Part shown: piece after piece, positions 52,874 through 61,453 of the stretch
How the letters are laid out: every line of letters starts with the position of its first letter
Numbering within the stretch: position 1 is the first letter of the stretch
NCBI GenBank assembly: GCA_963714015.1
Contig: OY970223.1
Span: 3,392,001 to 3,456,000 of the forward strand
Direction of reading: 5' to 3'
DNA from: Vulcanimicrobiota bacterium
Lineage (GTDB): Bacteria > Vulcanimicrobiota > Vulcanimicrobiia > Vulcanimicrobiales > Vulcanimicrobiaceae
DNA: 64,000 nt
Notes under the pieces: model-generated
The model's database searches: none
What the model was told of the DNA's origin: nothing
The model's input: the letters and a program-made list of their open reading frames with translations, nothing else
Position numbers and translations under genes: made by a program

Positions 52874-52897
52874 ATTACATGCTTCTATAGGACGTTT

Positions 52898-53283
52898 TTA
52901 GTAAATCGACGTCGCGTAGAACGTTCCGCCGTCCCAATACCCGTACGCCACTACTTGACGTCCGACGGCGACTTTACCGCTCGCCTGATGATCGAGCGCC
53001 GGTTGATCGTTGATCACGACGCTGCGGCTGGACTGCTGCAGCGTTACGAGGTGACCTTTGACGTCCGTGATCGTACCGGCAACGCTGTCGTGCCGATAGC
53101 GCGTGGCATCAGCCGTACACTCCCGTTCGGCACCCAAACGTCGTTTTGCCACGTTCCGCAGTGCCAGTCATTGTAAGGCTGCGTATCAGGCGGCGGAGGC
53201 GGCGGCTGCTGCGCACGAGCAACACCGGCAGCTGCGCTAAAAGCCAAGACCGCGGTCGCAAGCAGGCTGTAGAAGTATTTCAA
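52898..53283 (-). CDS. Secreted protein with a DUF5666/OB-like domain; frameshift near 53120
   Basis: SD AAAGGAG, TTG start, signal peptide, poly-Pro; GTITDVKG...VGRQVVAYG..GTFYATSI in the second frame. Confidence 0.6.
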
Positions 53284-53371
53284 AGTGCGTCTCCTTTCGG
53301 CGTTGCTCCGAAACGGAGCAGGCTTCCGAAAGTTCATACCCAGCTTACGGCGCGCATCGCGGAAGCGTGCG

Positions 53372-55372
53372 CTACGTTGCGCGCGGCCGCATGCTTCCGA
53401 CCAATCGGTAGAGCAAGACGCCGAGCGCGACGAACGCTATTCCGCCGATGACGTCGGCTGCCGTCGCAAAGTTGTCTCCCACGAGGGCGAGCGGCGAGCT
53501 GTTGCCGGATAACACGATAATGCCCGCCAGCAAAACACCGAACAAGCTCTCACCGACGATGAGTCCCGACGCGAGCAAAACGCCCAAGCGTTTCGCTGCT
53601 TCCGCATGCGGCTTACGCTCGACCCAATCGTTGTAAAAGCGTCCGGCGAGCGCTCCGGCGACTACCGGAAAGATCGTTGAGGCGGGCAGATAGATGCCGA
53701 GCCCCACGGCCAGCGGCGGCAGTTTGACGCGATCGTTCGTAGATCGGCGCAGAACCTCGTCGATGATGATGATAACGATGCCCGCCAGCACGCCTATTCC
53801 GATTAAGTTCCACGGCGCTTGTCCCCCGATCACGCCTTTGGCAAGCGCCGAGATCAGCGTTGCTTGGGGAGCCGGAAGCGGCTGCGCGGCCGGCGACGTG
53901 TTGGGATGCGGCGCACCGGCAAAGCCATACGCAGCGTTGAGCAGGCCCAGAATCGGCGGTATGACGATCGCGCCGAAAATGACGCCGACGACCAGCGCGA
54001 TTTGCTGGCGCCACGGCGTTGCGCCGACGAGTTGACCGGTCTTCAGATCCTGAAGATTATCGTTGGAGATCGTAGCGACGCACAGCACGACGGCGGTGAC
54101 GAAGAGTGCGAAGGCGATCAGCGCCGGCTTGACTGCCGGATTTGCGGCGTGTGCCATTCCCAGCAAAATGAGCGACGCGCCGATGACGGTCAAAATCGCT
54201 AGGCCCGAAACCGGGCTGTTCGACGATCCGATGAGTCCCGCCATGTATCCGCATACCGCCGCGACCAAAAAACCCGCGATGACGGTGTAAACTATGGCAA
54301 CGATAATCAGCGGCACCATGATCGGCGCGAGCGCTCCTCCACGCAAGAAGTACGTAAAAAGCGCGGCGAGCGGAATCAAACACAGAATACTGACCAGCGC
54401 GACTTGATTGATCGGAATGTCGCGTTCGGTAATCGGTAATCCGGCCTGCCCGGCGATACGGCGCTGCTGCGTTGCCGCGAGCGCCGACTGCAGTCCGTTC
54501 CACACCGGTAAGGCGAGCTTTCCGAGCGTCCAAATTGCCGAGATGCCGATCGCGCCGGCCCCGATGAAGCGGACTTGATGCGACCAAATCGCCGTCGCAA
54601 CGGTGGCGGCATCGCCTGCGGCAGGGTGCAGCGCAGTCAAAATCGGCGTTGCGATTCCCCAAGCAATGACCAGCCCCGTGAACATCGCAAGGCCTACGGA
54701 GAGTCCGATCAGATGTCCGGCTCCAAGCAGCGCAAACGAGAGCCCGAAACCGATTCCCGTTGCGGACGATCCCGCGCGAAAGAACGCGTCGATTTCGCCC
54801 GTGAAGATCTTCGTTGCCGCAACCGCCGCGAACCCTGCTGATGCGACCGAGCCGAGGATGACCGCTAAAACGCCCGCGGTGCCCTCGGCGGCGCCTTCGC
54901 GCGTCCCGACGCCGACCCGCAGAACTTCGGCAGCGGCCACGCCTTCGGGATAAGGCAGATCGGACTCCGTAACCAGCGCCCGCCGCAGCGGAATCGAGTA
55001 CATCACGCCCAGAATTCCGCCGATTGCGCAAATTGAGAAGCTCTCCCAGAACGGAAATCCGGTCCACCAGCCGACCATAACCAAACCGGGCAAAACGAAA
55101 ATAATCGATGAAAGCGTCCCCGCCGCGGAAGCGACGGTTTGCACGATATTGTTCTCCCAGATCGTCGACGTGCGAAACGCGCGCAGACACGCCATGGAGA
55201 TAACGGCGGCGGGAATGGACGATGCGAAGGTCAGCCCGACCTTGAGTCCGAGATAAACGTTGGCCGCCGTGAAGACGAGCGTAATTGCGGCGCCCAGGAT
55301 GAGCCCGCGGACGGTAAGCTCGACGCGGGAATCTGAGACGGCAGCGGCATCGGTCGAGGTCGTTGCTTCCAT
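53372..55372 (-). CDS. OPT family oligopeptide transporter
   Basis: ELTVRG, YLGLKVG, ENNIVQT, LPYPEG, DNLQDLKTG. Confidence 0.93.
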   Translation of the reverse strand: MEATTSTDAAAVSDSRVELTVRGLILGAAITLVFTAANVYLGLKVGLTFASSIPAAVISMACLRAFRTSTIWENNIVQTVASAAGTLSSIIFVLPGLVMVGWWTGFPFWESFSICAIGGILGVMYSIPLRRALVTESDLPYPEGVAAAEVLRVGVGTREGAAEGTAGVLAVILGSVASAGFAAVAATKIFTGEIDAFFRAGSSATGIGFGLSFALLGAGHLIGLSVGLAMFTGLVIAWGIATPILTALHPAAGDAATVATAIWSHQVRFIGAGAIGISAIWTLGKLALPVWNGLQSALAATQQRRIAGQAGLPITERDIPINQVALVSILCLIPLAALFTYFLRGGALAPIMVPLIIVAIVYTVIAGFLVAAVCGYMAGLIGSSNSPVSGLAILTVIGASLILLGMAHAANPAVKPALIAFALFVTAVVLCVATISNDNLQDLKTGQLVGATPWRQQIALVVGVIFGAIVIPPILGLLNAAYGFAGAPHPNTSPAAQPLPAPQATLISALAKGVIGGQAPWNLIGIGVLAGIVIIIIDEVLRRSTNDRVKLPPLAVGLGIYLPASTIFPVVAGALAGRFYNDWVERKPHAEAAKRLGVLLASGLIVGESLFGVLLAGIIVLSGNSSPLALVGDNFATAADVIGGIAFVALGVLLYRLVGSMRPRAT

Positions 55373-55421
55373 GCGGCTGCATTGGCAGTAACCAAGCAGC
55401 CCGCCTGCAACGATCCGGCGG

Positions 55422-55577
55422 TTACGGCTGCGCGGGCGGGTCGCTCGCGGGGAACGAGTCCGCTACGGCCTTATCGTAGTCGTCGAGTTTCTTGTCGCCT
55501 TCCTTGGCGTCGCGCACTTCCTTTTTGATCTCCGCGTGCTCCGCTGGAGGGATCGTCCGGGACTGTTGCTTATCCAT
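55422..55577 (-). CDS. Small 51-aa protein ending in SFPASDPP
   Basis: MDKQQ...DKAVADSFPASDPPAQP. Confidence 0.7.
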   Translation of the reverse strand: MDKQQSRTIPPAEHAEIKKEVRDAKEGDKKLDDYDKAVADSFPASDPPAQP

Positions 55578-55584
55578 TGGCACG

Positions 55585-56058
55585 TTGTACCCAAAAGAAC
55601 GCGCGGCGGTTCCGACACCGCTGGGCGCGGTATTGCTCGTCGAAGCCGGCGCTGAAGCGATTACCGGCGCCCGCTTTGCGCGCAAGACTGCGCTTTCGGC
55701 CGCGCGCCCGAAGCACGATCTGCTCCGTGAAGCCGCCGCGCAAGTGCGCGCATACTTTCGCGGACGGCTGCGGCGGTTCGATCTGCCGCTGCACTTCGAT
55801 GGAACCGAGTTTCAGATCGACGTTTGGCGGATGGTGTCGAGCTTGGAGTTCGGCGAAATCGTGTCATACGGGGATGTGGCGCGCATCATCGGCCGGCGGG
55901 GTGCGCACCGCGGCGTCGCAGCGGCGATGGCAAAGACGCCGATCGACTTGTTCGTTCCTGCACATCGTGTGGTCGGCGCAGACGGCACCGTCCGAGGTGC
56001 CGGACCAAACTCGCTGCGGCGTCGATTGCTTCGATTAGAGGGAATACGGCTTCGCTGA
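55585..56058 (+). CDS. Methylated-DNA--protein-cysteine methyltransferase family protein (PAHRV rather than PCHRV, so ATL-like)
   Basis: GTEFQ..VW, SYGDVA, FVPAHRVVGADG; start uncertain. Confidence 0.8.
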   Translation: MYPKERAAVPTPLGAVLLVEAGAEAITGARFARKTALSAARPKHDLLREAAAQVRAYFRGRLRRFDLPLHFDGTEFQIDVWRMVSSLEFGEIVSYGDVARIIGRRGAHRGVAAAMAKTPIDLFVPAHRVVGADGTVRGAGPNSLRRRLLRLEGIRLR

Positions 56059-56073
56059 AACTCCGGTGCGCGG

Positions 56074-56220
56074 TCAGTCGCGGGCAATGACGATGAGCGC
56101 CAGCGCCCAGCCGGACGGCGTGCGCAGACGGGCGAGATAACCGTCGTCCGTCTTTCCGTAAATGTGATAGCCAGCCCTGAGTGCGTCCGCAACCGAACTG
56201 AACACGACTACACCGGTCAT
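56074..56220 (-). CDS. Small 48-aa hypothetical protein (below the ORF-track cutoff)
   Basis: MTGVVVFSSVADALRAGYHIYGKTDDGYLARLRTPSGWALALIVIARD; SD GGAG/GAGG. Confidence 0.65.
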   Translation of the reverse strand: MTGVVVFSSVADALRAGYHIYGKTDDGYLARLRTPSGWALALIVIARD

Positions 56221-56315
56221 AGAATGCCTCTACTCCGCGCGCGGGGAGCAGTCCCTGTCTAACGGGTTGGATAGATTCCAACAACTTGCGAACAACGTGT
56301 GGACGCAGCTGTGTA

Positions 56316-57065
56316 TTACCTGTCGACAAAGCGGCGCCATTCCAGGAGCGCGCCGCCGCCGTTGTTGCGATCTCCGGCAAGCCCGGTAGCCGTGTACTTC
56401 GCCGAAAAATCGATGGTGCGAATCCCGAACAGCCACTCGCTGTCGCGTTTGCGAAAGCCCCATGTTACGGCCGCATCCTCCTCGGCCGCAGCTTCGGCTT
56501 TCACGACCGGAGCAACGGGGATGCTGTACGCATAATAATCGCTTCCGCTCAAGTGCGGTGTCGCACCTACCACGACTTCCCAAAAGCGCCGCGCGGTGTA
56601 CGAACTGCGATACACGGCTTCCAAACGAAGTCCCGCCAGACGCGAAGATACGACTTGACTGATATTCGGAAGGGGCGTTCGCTGGTTGATCACCGTCTCG
56701 CCGGCGCCCAGCCAATATCGCGCGCGGCGATCGAGCGCCGCGCGAAGCGCACCATCGAGCAGGCTGAGCTGCGGGGTGGCCTGTCCGTAATACGAAGATG
56801 CACGCTGCGGCAGCGAGACCGGCGGAATACCTTCGAGGTGTAAGCCGAATCGTCTCAAGCGGACGCCGGCTTCGACGATCGCGCCGAGCGCGGTGCCGTG
56901 CTGCGTGCCGGCGATGTCCTTGTGAGCGCCGGTAAGCAGAATGCCTTGCAAGCCGACGTAGACTTTCGGATCCGCCGATGCCGTTGCCGGCGAGATCGAA
57001 AACAATCCCATCGCGAAAGCGAGGGCAAGGGCCGGTCCTCGGCAGTTAGCGCTTCGCGGCGTCAA
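56316..57065 (-). CDS. Secreted, possibly outer-membrane beta-barrel protein
   Basis: Signal peptide, alternating beta-strand pattern, C-terminal LEWRRF. Confidence 0.55.
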   Translation of the reverse strand: MTPRSANCRGPALALAFAMGLFSISPATASADPKVYVGLQGILLTGAHKDIAGTQHGTALGAIVEAGVRLRRFGLHLEGIPPVSLPQRASSYYGQATPQLSLLDGALRAALDRRARYWLGAGETVINQRTPLPNISQVVSSRLAGLRLEAVYRSSYTARRFWEVVVGATPHLSGSDYYAYSIPVAPVVKAEAAAEEDAAVTWGFRKRDSEWLFGIRTIDFSAKYTATGLAGDRNNGGGALLEWRRFVDR

Positions 57066-57726
57066 TAAGAACGATTCCGCGCGTGTCCTTGTGTTCGAAT
57101 TGATCGAGCGCCGAGAGTGCTGCTCCGATCGGGCTCTCGGGCTGAGTCGCTTGCGTGAGCGTCATGCCGATCCGTTGTTTTGCCATATTGTCCACCGGAG
57201 CGCGCATCACGTCCGGAAGCGATCGGTATCTCGAGATCAAATTCAGCACGAATCCGAAGTGCTCGTTCACCAGCGGCGGATCCATGACCATGACGAGCAG
57301 GCCTCGGGTCTTGCCGCCGGCTTTTTTCACGAACAGCGCGTAATCCAAACCATTGCGCTCCGCTTGCGCGCGTTGCTCTGGGTTGTTTCCCGTTTCCAAT
57401 GCGGCATATCCCGGCGGCGGAGATGCGTTGACGCGGTCCACCCACGCCGAGAGCTCCGGAAATGCTGCGTCGCTCGACGCGATCACTTCGCGGCCCGCAT
57501 ACGTTCCGTTCCCGTTATCGAAGATGGAACTCCCCACCGGCGCCTTCGCATCGATCGCCTGCACGAACGTGTGGGAGGCGACAAGAGCAGCTCCGGGATA
57601 AATCGGAAAATCTATCGGATTGTGCAGCGCGCTGGACGAGGACCCGCTTTGCTGCCCGTTTTGCCCCGACGAACACGCCGCCACCGCCGCGGCCGCCAGG
57701 ACCGCCCCAATGATCCTTCTGAGCAT
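57046..57726 (-). CDS. Hypothetical lipoprotein
   Basis: Lipobox VAAC, FPIYPGA. Confidence 0.7.
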   Translation of the reverse strand: MLRRIIGAVLAAAAVAACSSGQNGQQSGSSSSALHNPIDFPIYPGAALVASHTFVQAIDAKAPVGSSIFDNGNGTYAGREVIASSDAAFPELSAWVDRVNASPPPGYAALETGNNPEQRAQAERNGLDYALFVKKAGGKTRGLLVMVMDPPLVNEHFGFVLNLISRYRSLPDVMRAPVDNMAKQRIGMTLTQATQPESPIGAALSALDQFEHKDTRGIVLIDAAKR

Positions 57727-57791
57727 ACCGCGCTGTTGTTCGAGGAGAACCGCCTGCGGCCCCGTAAGGCTGCCGAGGGGGAGATCTTCGT

Positions 57792-58106
57792 ATGCCGTTC
57801 GACGAATTTTGGCCGCACTACCTCAACGCGCATCGCGATCCGCGCACGCGGATGTTCCACGTAACGGGGACTCTGGCCGCTGCCGGACTGATGGTCGCGG
57901 CGCTCGCAGCCCGCAAACCATGGCTTGCGGCTGCGGCGCTCGCCGCGGGATACGGCCCCGCGTGGTTTTCGCATGCATTCTTCGAACGAAACAGGCCCGA
58001 AACGTTTCGCGCGCCGTTCGCCTCGCTCGGCGCGGACTTTGTGATGGCTTGGCACGTTCTTCGAGGCACTATCGATCAACAGCTTGCCGGTCAACGGGAG
58101 GAGTAG
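57792..58106 (+). CDS. DUF962/Mpo1-like membrane protein
   Basis: FWPHYLNAH..P.TR..H..GT, GYGPAW.SH.FFERNRPETF. Confidence 0.85.
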   Translation: MPFDEFWPHYLNAHRDPRTRMFHVTGTLAAAGLMVAALAARKPWLAAAALAAGYGPAWFSHAFFERNRPETFRAPFASLGADFVMAWHVLRGTIDQQLAGQREE

Positions 58107-58109
58107 ACT

Positions 58110-58886
58110 CTGCAACGCGAACCGCTTTCCTACGGATCGTATCTGCACATCGACGACCTGCTCGCGCTGCAGCAGCCGCTCTCGTCGCCGGCGCATCACG
58201 ACGAGATGCTTTTCATCGTCATTCACCAAGTGTACGAACTGTGGTTCAAGCAGCTGCTCCATGAATTAGATGCGGTCGTGCGCGCATTGGAACGTTCCGA
58301 GCTGCTTCTCGTGGCGAAACATTTTCGGCGCATCCACACGATTCAGCGCTTGCTGGAGCAGCAGGTCGACGTCCTGGAAACGATGACGCCGCAAGAATTC
58401 AATGCTTTTCGCGAACATCTCAATCCGGCTAGCGGATTCCAATCAATCCAGTTCCGCGAGATGGAGTTCGCTGTAGGTGTCCGGCGCACCGAAACGCTCA
58501 AATATCTCCAATTGACTGGCGAGCAGCGCGCCCGGCTCGAGCAGCGCCTTGCCGATCCGTCGCTCTATGATTACGTCAAAGATCTGCTGCGCAAGCGTAA
58601 ATTCGCGGCGGACTCTTCCGAGCAACTCGTCCTGACGTTCAAGAGCATCTACGAGAATCCGTACGAAAACTACGATCTTTACCTGCTGCTCGAGGACTTG
58701 ATTGAGTTCGACGAACGGCTGCTGCTCTGGCGCGGCCGGCACGTTCGTATGGTCGAACGGATGATCGGCGCCAAACGCGGCACAGGCGGATCGCTCGGAG
58801 CCCAATACCTGGCAACCACTCTGGAAAACCGCATGTTCCCGGAACTGTGGGAGATGCGCACGCTTCTAGGCAAGGACTACGGCTGA
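58110..58886 (+). CDS. kynA: Tryptophan 2,3-dioxygenase; probable CTG start
   Basis: LSYGSYL...HDEMLFIVIHQVYELWFKQ, ASGFQS.QFR, GTGGS. Confidence 0.93.
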   Translation: MQREPLSYGSYLHIDDLLALQQPLSSPAHHDEMLFIVIHQVYELWFKQLLHELDAVVRALERSELLLVAKHFRRIHTIQRLLEQQVDVLETMTPQEFNAFREHLNPASGFQSIQFREMEFAVGVRRTETLKYLQLTGEQRARLEQRLADPSLYDYVKDLLRKRKFAADSSEQLVLTFKSIYENPYENYDLYLLLEDLIEFDERLLLWRGRHVRMVERMIGAKRGTGGSLGAQYLATTLENRMFPELWEMRTLLGKDYG

Positions 58887-60025
58887 TGCAAACGACGACG
58901 CAAGCGGTCCTGCGGGATCGATTTCCGATTCTAAGCAATTCCACGTTCTTGGTGAGCCATTCGATGGGCGCGGCTCCGATTGGGGCCAAAACGGCGCTGG
59001 AAAAGTACTTCGATCTATGGGCCGAGCAAGGCGCCGAAGCGTGGGAGGAATGGCTGCCCGGCATCGGCAGCATTGCGGACGGCATCGGAGAGCTGATCGG
59101 CGCGCCGTCCGGCTCGATCTTCCTGGGGCCGAACGTTTCCGTGCTGCAAGCGGCGCTTGCGAGTTCGCTGAAGTTTACCGCCGGCCGGAACGAAGTCGTG
59201 TACGAAGCGCTGCAATTTCCGTCGTTGACGTACGTCTGGAGCGAATGGCAGCGTTTCGGCGCGGTGCCGCGCATCGTGCCTTCGGACGATGGGCGCACGA
59301 TTCAAACCGAACGCCTCATCGAAGCGATCACCGAGCGTACGCTCATTGCGGTGCTCTCTCACGCGTACTACGTTTCCGGTGCGCTCTGCGACGTTCGCGC
59401 GGTTCAACAGCATTGCCGCAAGACCGGCACGCTGCTGTGCGTCGACGCTTATCAAACGACGGGCGTCTTTCCGTATGACGTGGTCGAGTGGGATCTCGAC
59501 ATGGTGACGGGCGGCAGCCACAAATGGCTCTGCGGCGGTCCGGGCTGCGCTTGGATTTACGTCAAGCCCGAGCTGCGGGCAAAGTTGGAACCTGCCGTCA
59601 CCGGCTGGATGGCGCATGCGCGTCCGTTCTCGTTCGAGCCGGCACCTATGACGTGGGCGCCGAGCATGTATCGTTTCGGCACGGGCACGCCGACCATTCC
59701 CGGGTATGTGGCGGCCAAGCCTGGACACGATTTGGTCAAGCAAGTCGGCGTGGCAAAGATCCGCGAACACAACGTTCGCTTGACGACCGTCATTGCGCAG
59801 AAGGCGCTCGAGAGCGGGTTCACCGTCAATACGCCGCTCGATCCGCAGAAACGCACCGGGTGGATCGGCATCGATTTTCCGGACTCGCGGCTTGCGTACG
59901 AAAAATTGATTGCGCGCCGCGTATTCGTCGACTATCGCCCGGGATGCGGCATCCGCGTGAGTCCGCATTTTTACACCACTGACGACGAAGTCTCGGCGTT
60001 CTTCGATGCGCTCGGAGCGGGATGA
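58886..60025 (+). CDS. kynU: Kynureninase-like class V PLP enzyme
   Basis: SHSMG, DAYQ, HKWLCGGPG, GWMAH, GTP; coupled to kynA. Confidence 0.8.
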   Translation: MQTTTQAVLRDRFPILSNSTFLVSHSMGAAPIGAKTALEKYFDLWAEQGAEAWEEWLPGIGSIADGIGELIGAPSGSIFLGPNVSVLQAALASSLKFTAGRNEVVYEALQFPSLTYVWSEWQRFGAVPRIVPSDDGRTIQTERLIEAITERTLIAVLSHAYYVSGALCDVRAVQQHCRKTGTLLCVDAYQTTGVFPYDVVEWDLDMVTGGSHKWLCGGPGCAWIYVKPELRAKLEPAVTGWMAHARPFSFEPAPMTWAPSMYRFGTGTPTIPGYVAAKPGHDLVKQVGVAKIREHNVRLTTVIAQKALESGFTVNTPLDPQKRTGWIGIDFPDSRLAYEKLIARRVFVDYRPGCGIRVSPHFYTTDDEVSAFFDALGAG

Positions 60026-61377
60026 TGGCGACGTCCGCAATGATCGTCGACCATCGAAACATAGGCGCCGCATTCCGGCGCCTTTCTCTTCCCAACGCCG
60101 TGGCGATGCTCGGCGATCAGCTGCTTGGAATCGTCGACACGATCGCGATAGGAACGCTCGGTACGGTCGCGCTCGCCGGCGTTACCGGCGCCACGACCGT
60201 ATTCGTCGCGGTCGCTTTCGGAGCGTTTGGGTTCAGCAACGGCCTGGGAATCGTCGCGGCTCAGCGCATCGGTGCAGGAGACGTCGAAGGGTTTGCGCGG
60301 ACGGTGCGCGCCGGGTTCGTGATCCCGTTTGCTGCGGCGGTGCTGACGGCTGCGGTGAGCATCTTTTTCGGCCGCCCGATCGTAGGCGCGATGGTCGGCC
60401 ACTTGGCTTCTTCGCACGCAAGCGGCACCTATTTGATCTTGCGTTGCTTCTCGCTGCTGCCGATCGTCGTTTCCGTGACTGTCATCAACGGCTTGAGTGC
60501 TGCCGGCAACCGCAAAATCGCCGTCATCATCTTGGCGATCGTCAACCTCGTGCATATTCCGCTGCTGCTGATTCTGGCGCTCGGATGGTTCACGCATCAT
60601 CCGCTCGGCATCGTCGGAGCGGGGATATCCTCGCTGCTCTCTGAGTGCACCGCCGCAATCTACGCGATCGTCTACGTGATACGGCGCCCGATCTACCGGG
60701 TACTCTCGAGTCTGAGCGTGGATTTGCGCTTGGCATTCGAGTGCGCGCGTTTGGGACTTCCGGAAGCCGTCTTTCTGTTCTGCGTCATCGCGCCGGACGC
60801 GTTCATCGTGGCAATGCTCGCGCCGTTCGGTCCCACCGCAATCTCCGCATTCCGCGCGCTCAACGTCGTCTCGGACCTCACCTTCGTCGTTCCCAGTCCG
60901 CTGCAAGCCGCGGTGCAGACGGTCATCGGCCAGCGTTTAGGCGCAGGCGACGTTGAAGGGGCGCAGTGGTTCTTTCGTCGCGCACGCGTATTGGCGTTCC
61001 GCATCACCGCTGCAACCGGCGTCGTCTGCGCTTCGCTCGCATGGCCCTTGGCATATCTGTTCACGCTCAATGGGCCGGTGGCTTCCGTAGCGGCGCTTCC
61101 GCTCGCGCTCCACATGGCCACGCTGCCGATCAAGGGATGGGCGATGGTTTCAATGGCGCCGATCCGCGCATCGGGCGACACGCGCTTCTCCATGACGGTG
61201 GGTATCGTGAGCAGCGCGCTGGTGATCCCGGCGGCGTACGTCTGCATCTACGTGCTGCGCATCGGGCTTTACGGCGTTCCGGTGGGCTGGATCTTCGCTT
61301 GGCTTGCGCGTTCGGTGCTTACGCTGTTCAAGTTGCGCGGCGAATCGTGGACGCGCCGCAGCTTGATTGCGGTTTAG
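60022..61377 (+). CDS. MATE family efflux transporter
   Basis: DTIAIGTLG..ALAG, GQRLGAGD, RASGDT; about 12 TM helices. Confidence 0.88.
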   Translation: MMATSAMIVDHRNIGAAFRRLSLPNAVAMLGDQLLGIVDTIAIGTLGTVALAGVTGATTVFVAVAFGAFGFSNGLGIVAAQRIGAGDVEGFARTVRAGFVIPFAAAVLTAAVSIFFGRPIVGAMVGHLASSHASGTYLILRCFSLLPIVVSVTVINGLSAAGNRKIAVIILAIVNLVHIPLLLILALGWFTHHPLGIVGAGISSLLSECTAAIYAIVYVIRRPIYRVLSSLSVDLRLAFECARLGLPEAVFLFCVIAPDAFIVAMLAPFGPTAISAFRALNVVSDLTFVVPSPLQAAVQTVIGQRLGAGDVEGAQWFFRRARVLAFRITAATGVVCASLAWPLAYLFTLNGPVASVAALPLALHMATLPIKGWAMVSMAPIRASGDTRFSMTVGIVSSALVIPAAYVCIYVLRIGLYGVPVGWIFAWLARSVLTLFKLRGESWTRRSLIAV

Positions 61378-61384
61378 CGCGCGA

Positions 61385-61423
61385 AAAAAAGGCCGGAGAG
61401 GCGTCATTAGCGCCGCTCCGGCC
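61385..61423 (-). terminator. Intrinsic terminator of the large secreted protein gene
   Basis: AGGCCGGAG/CTCCGGCCT stem followed by T7 on the minus strand. Confidence 0.65.
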
Positions 61424-61453
61424 TCGCGTGCAGCAGCACGTCTCGGCTAACCG

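Noticed and set aside
53372..55372. OPT transporter or PepN as parts of the proposed peptide-signalling system
   Set aside because: The OPT is about 20 kb away and pepN is separated by a terminator; no shared regulatory motif was seen.
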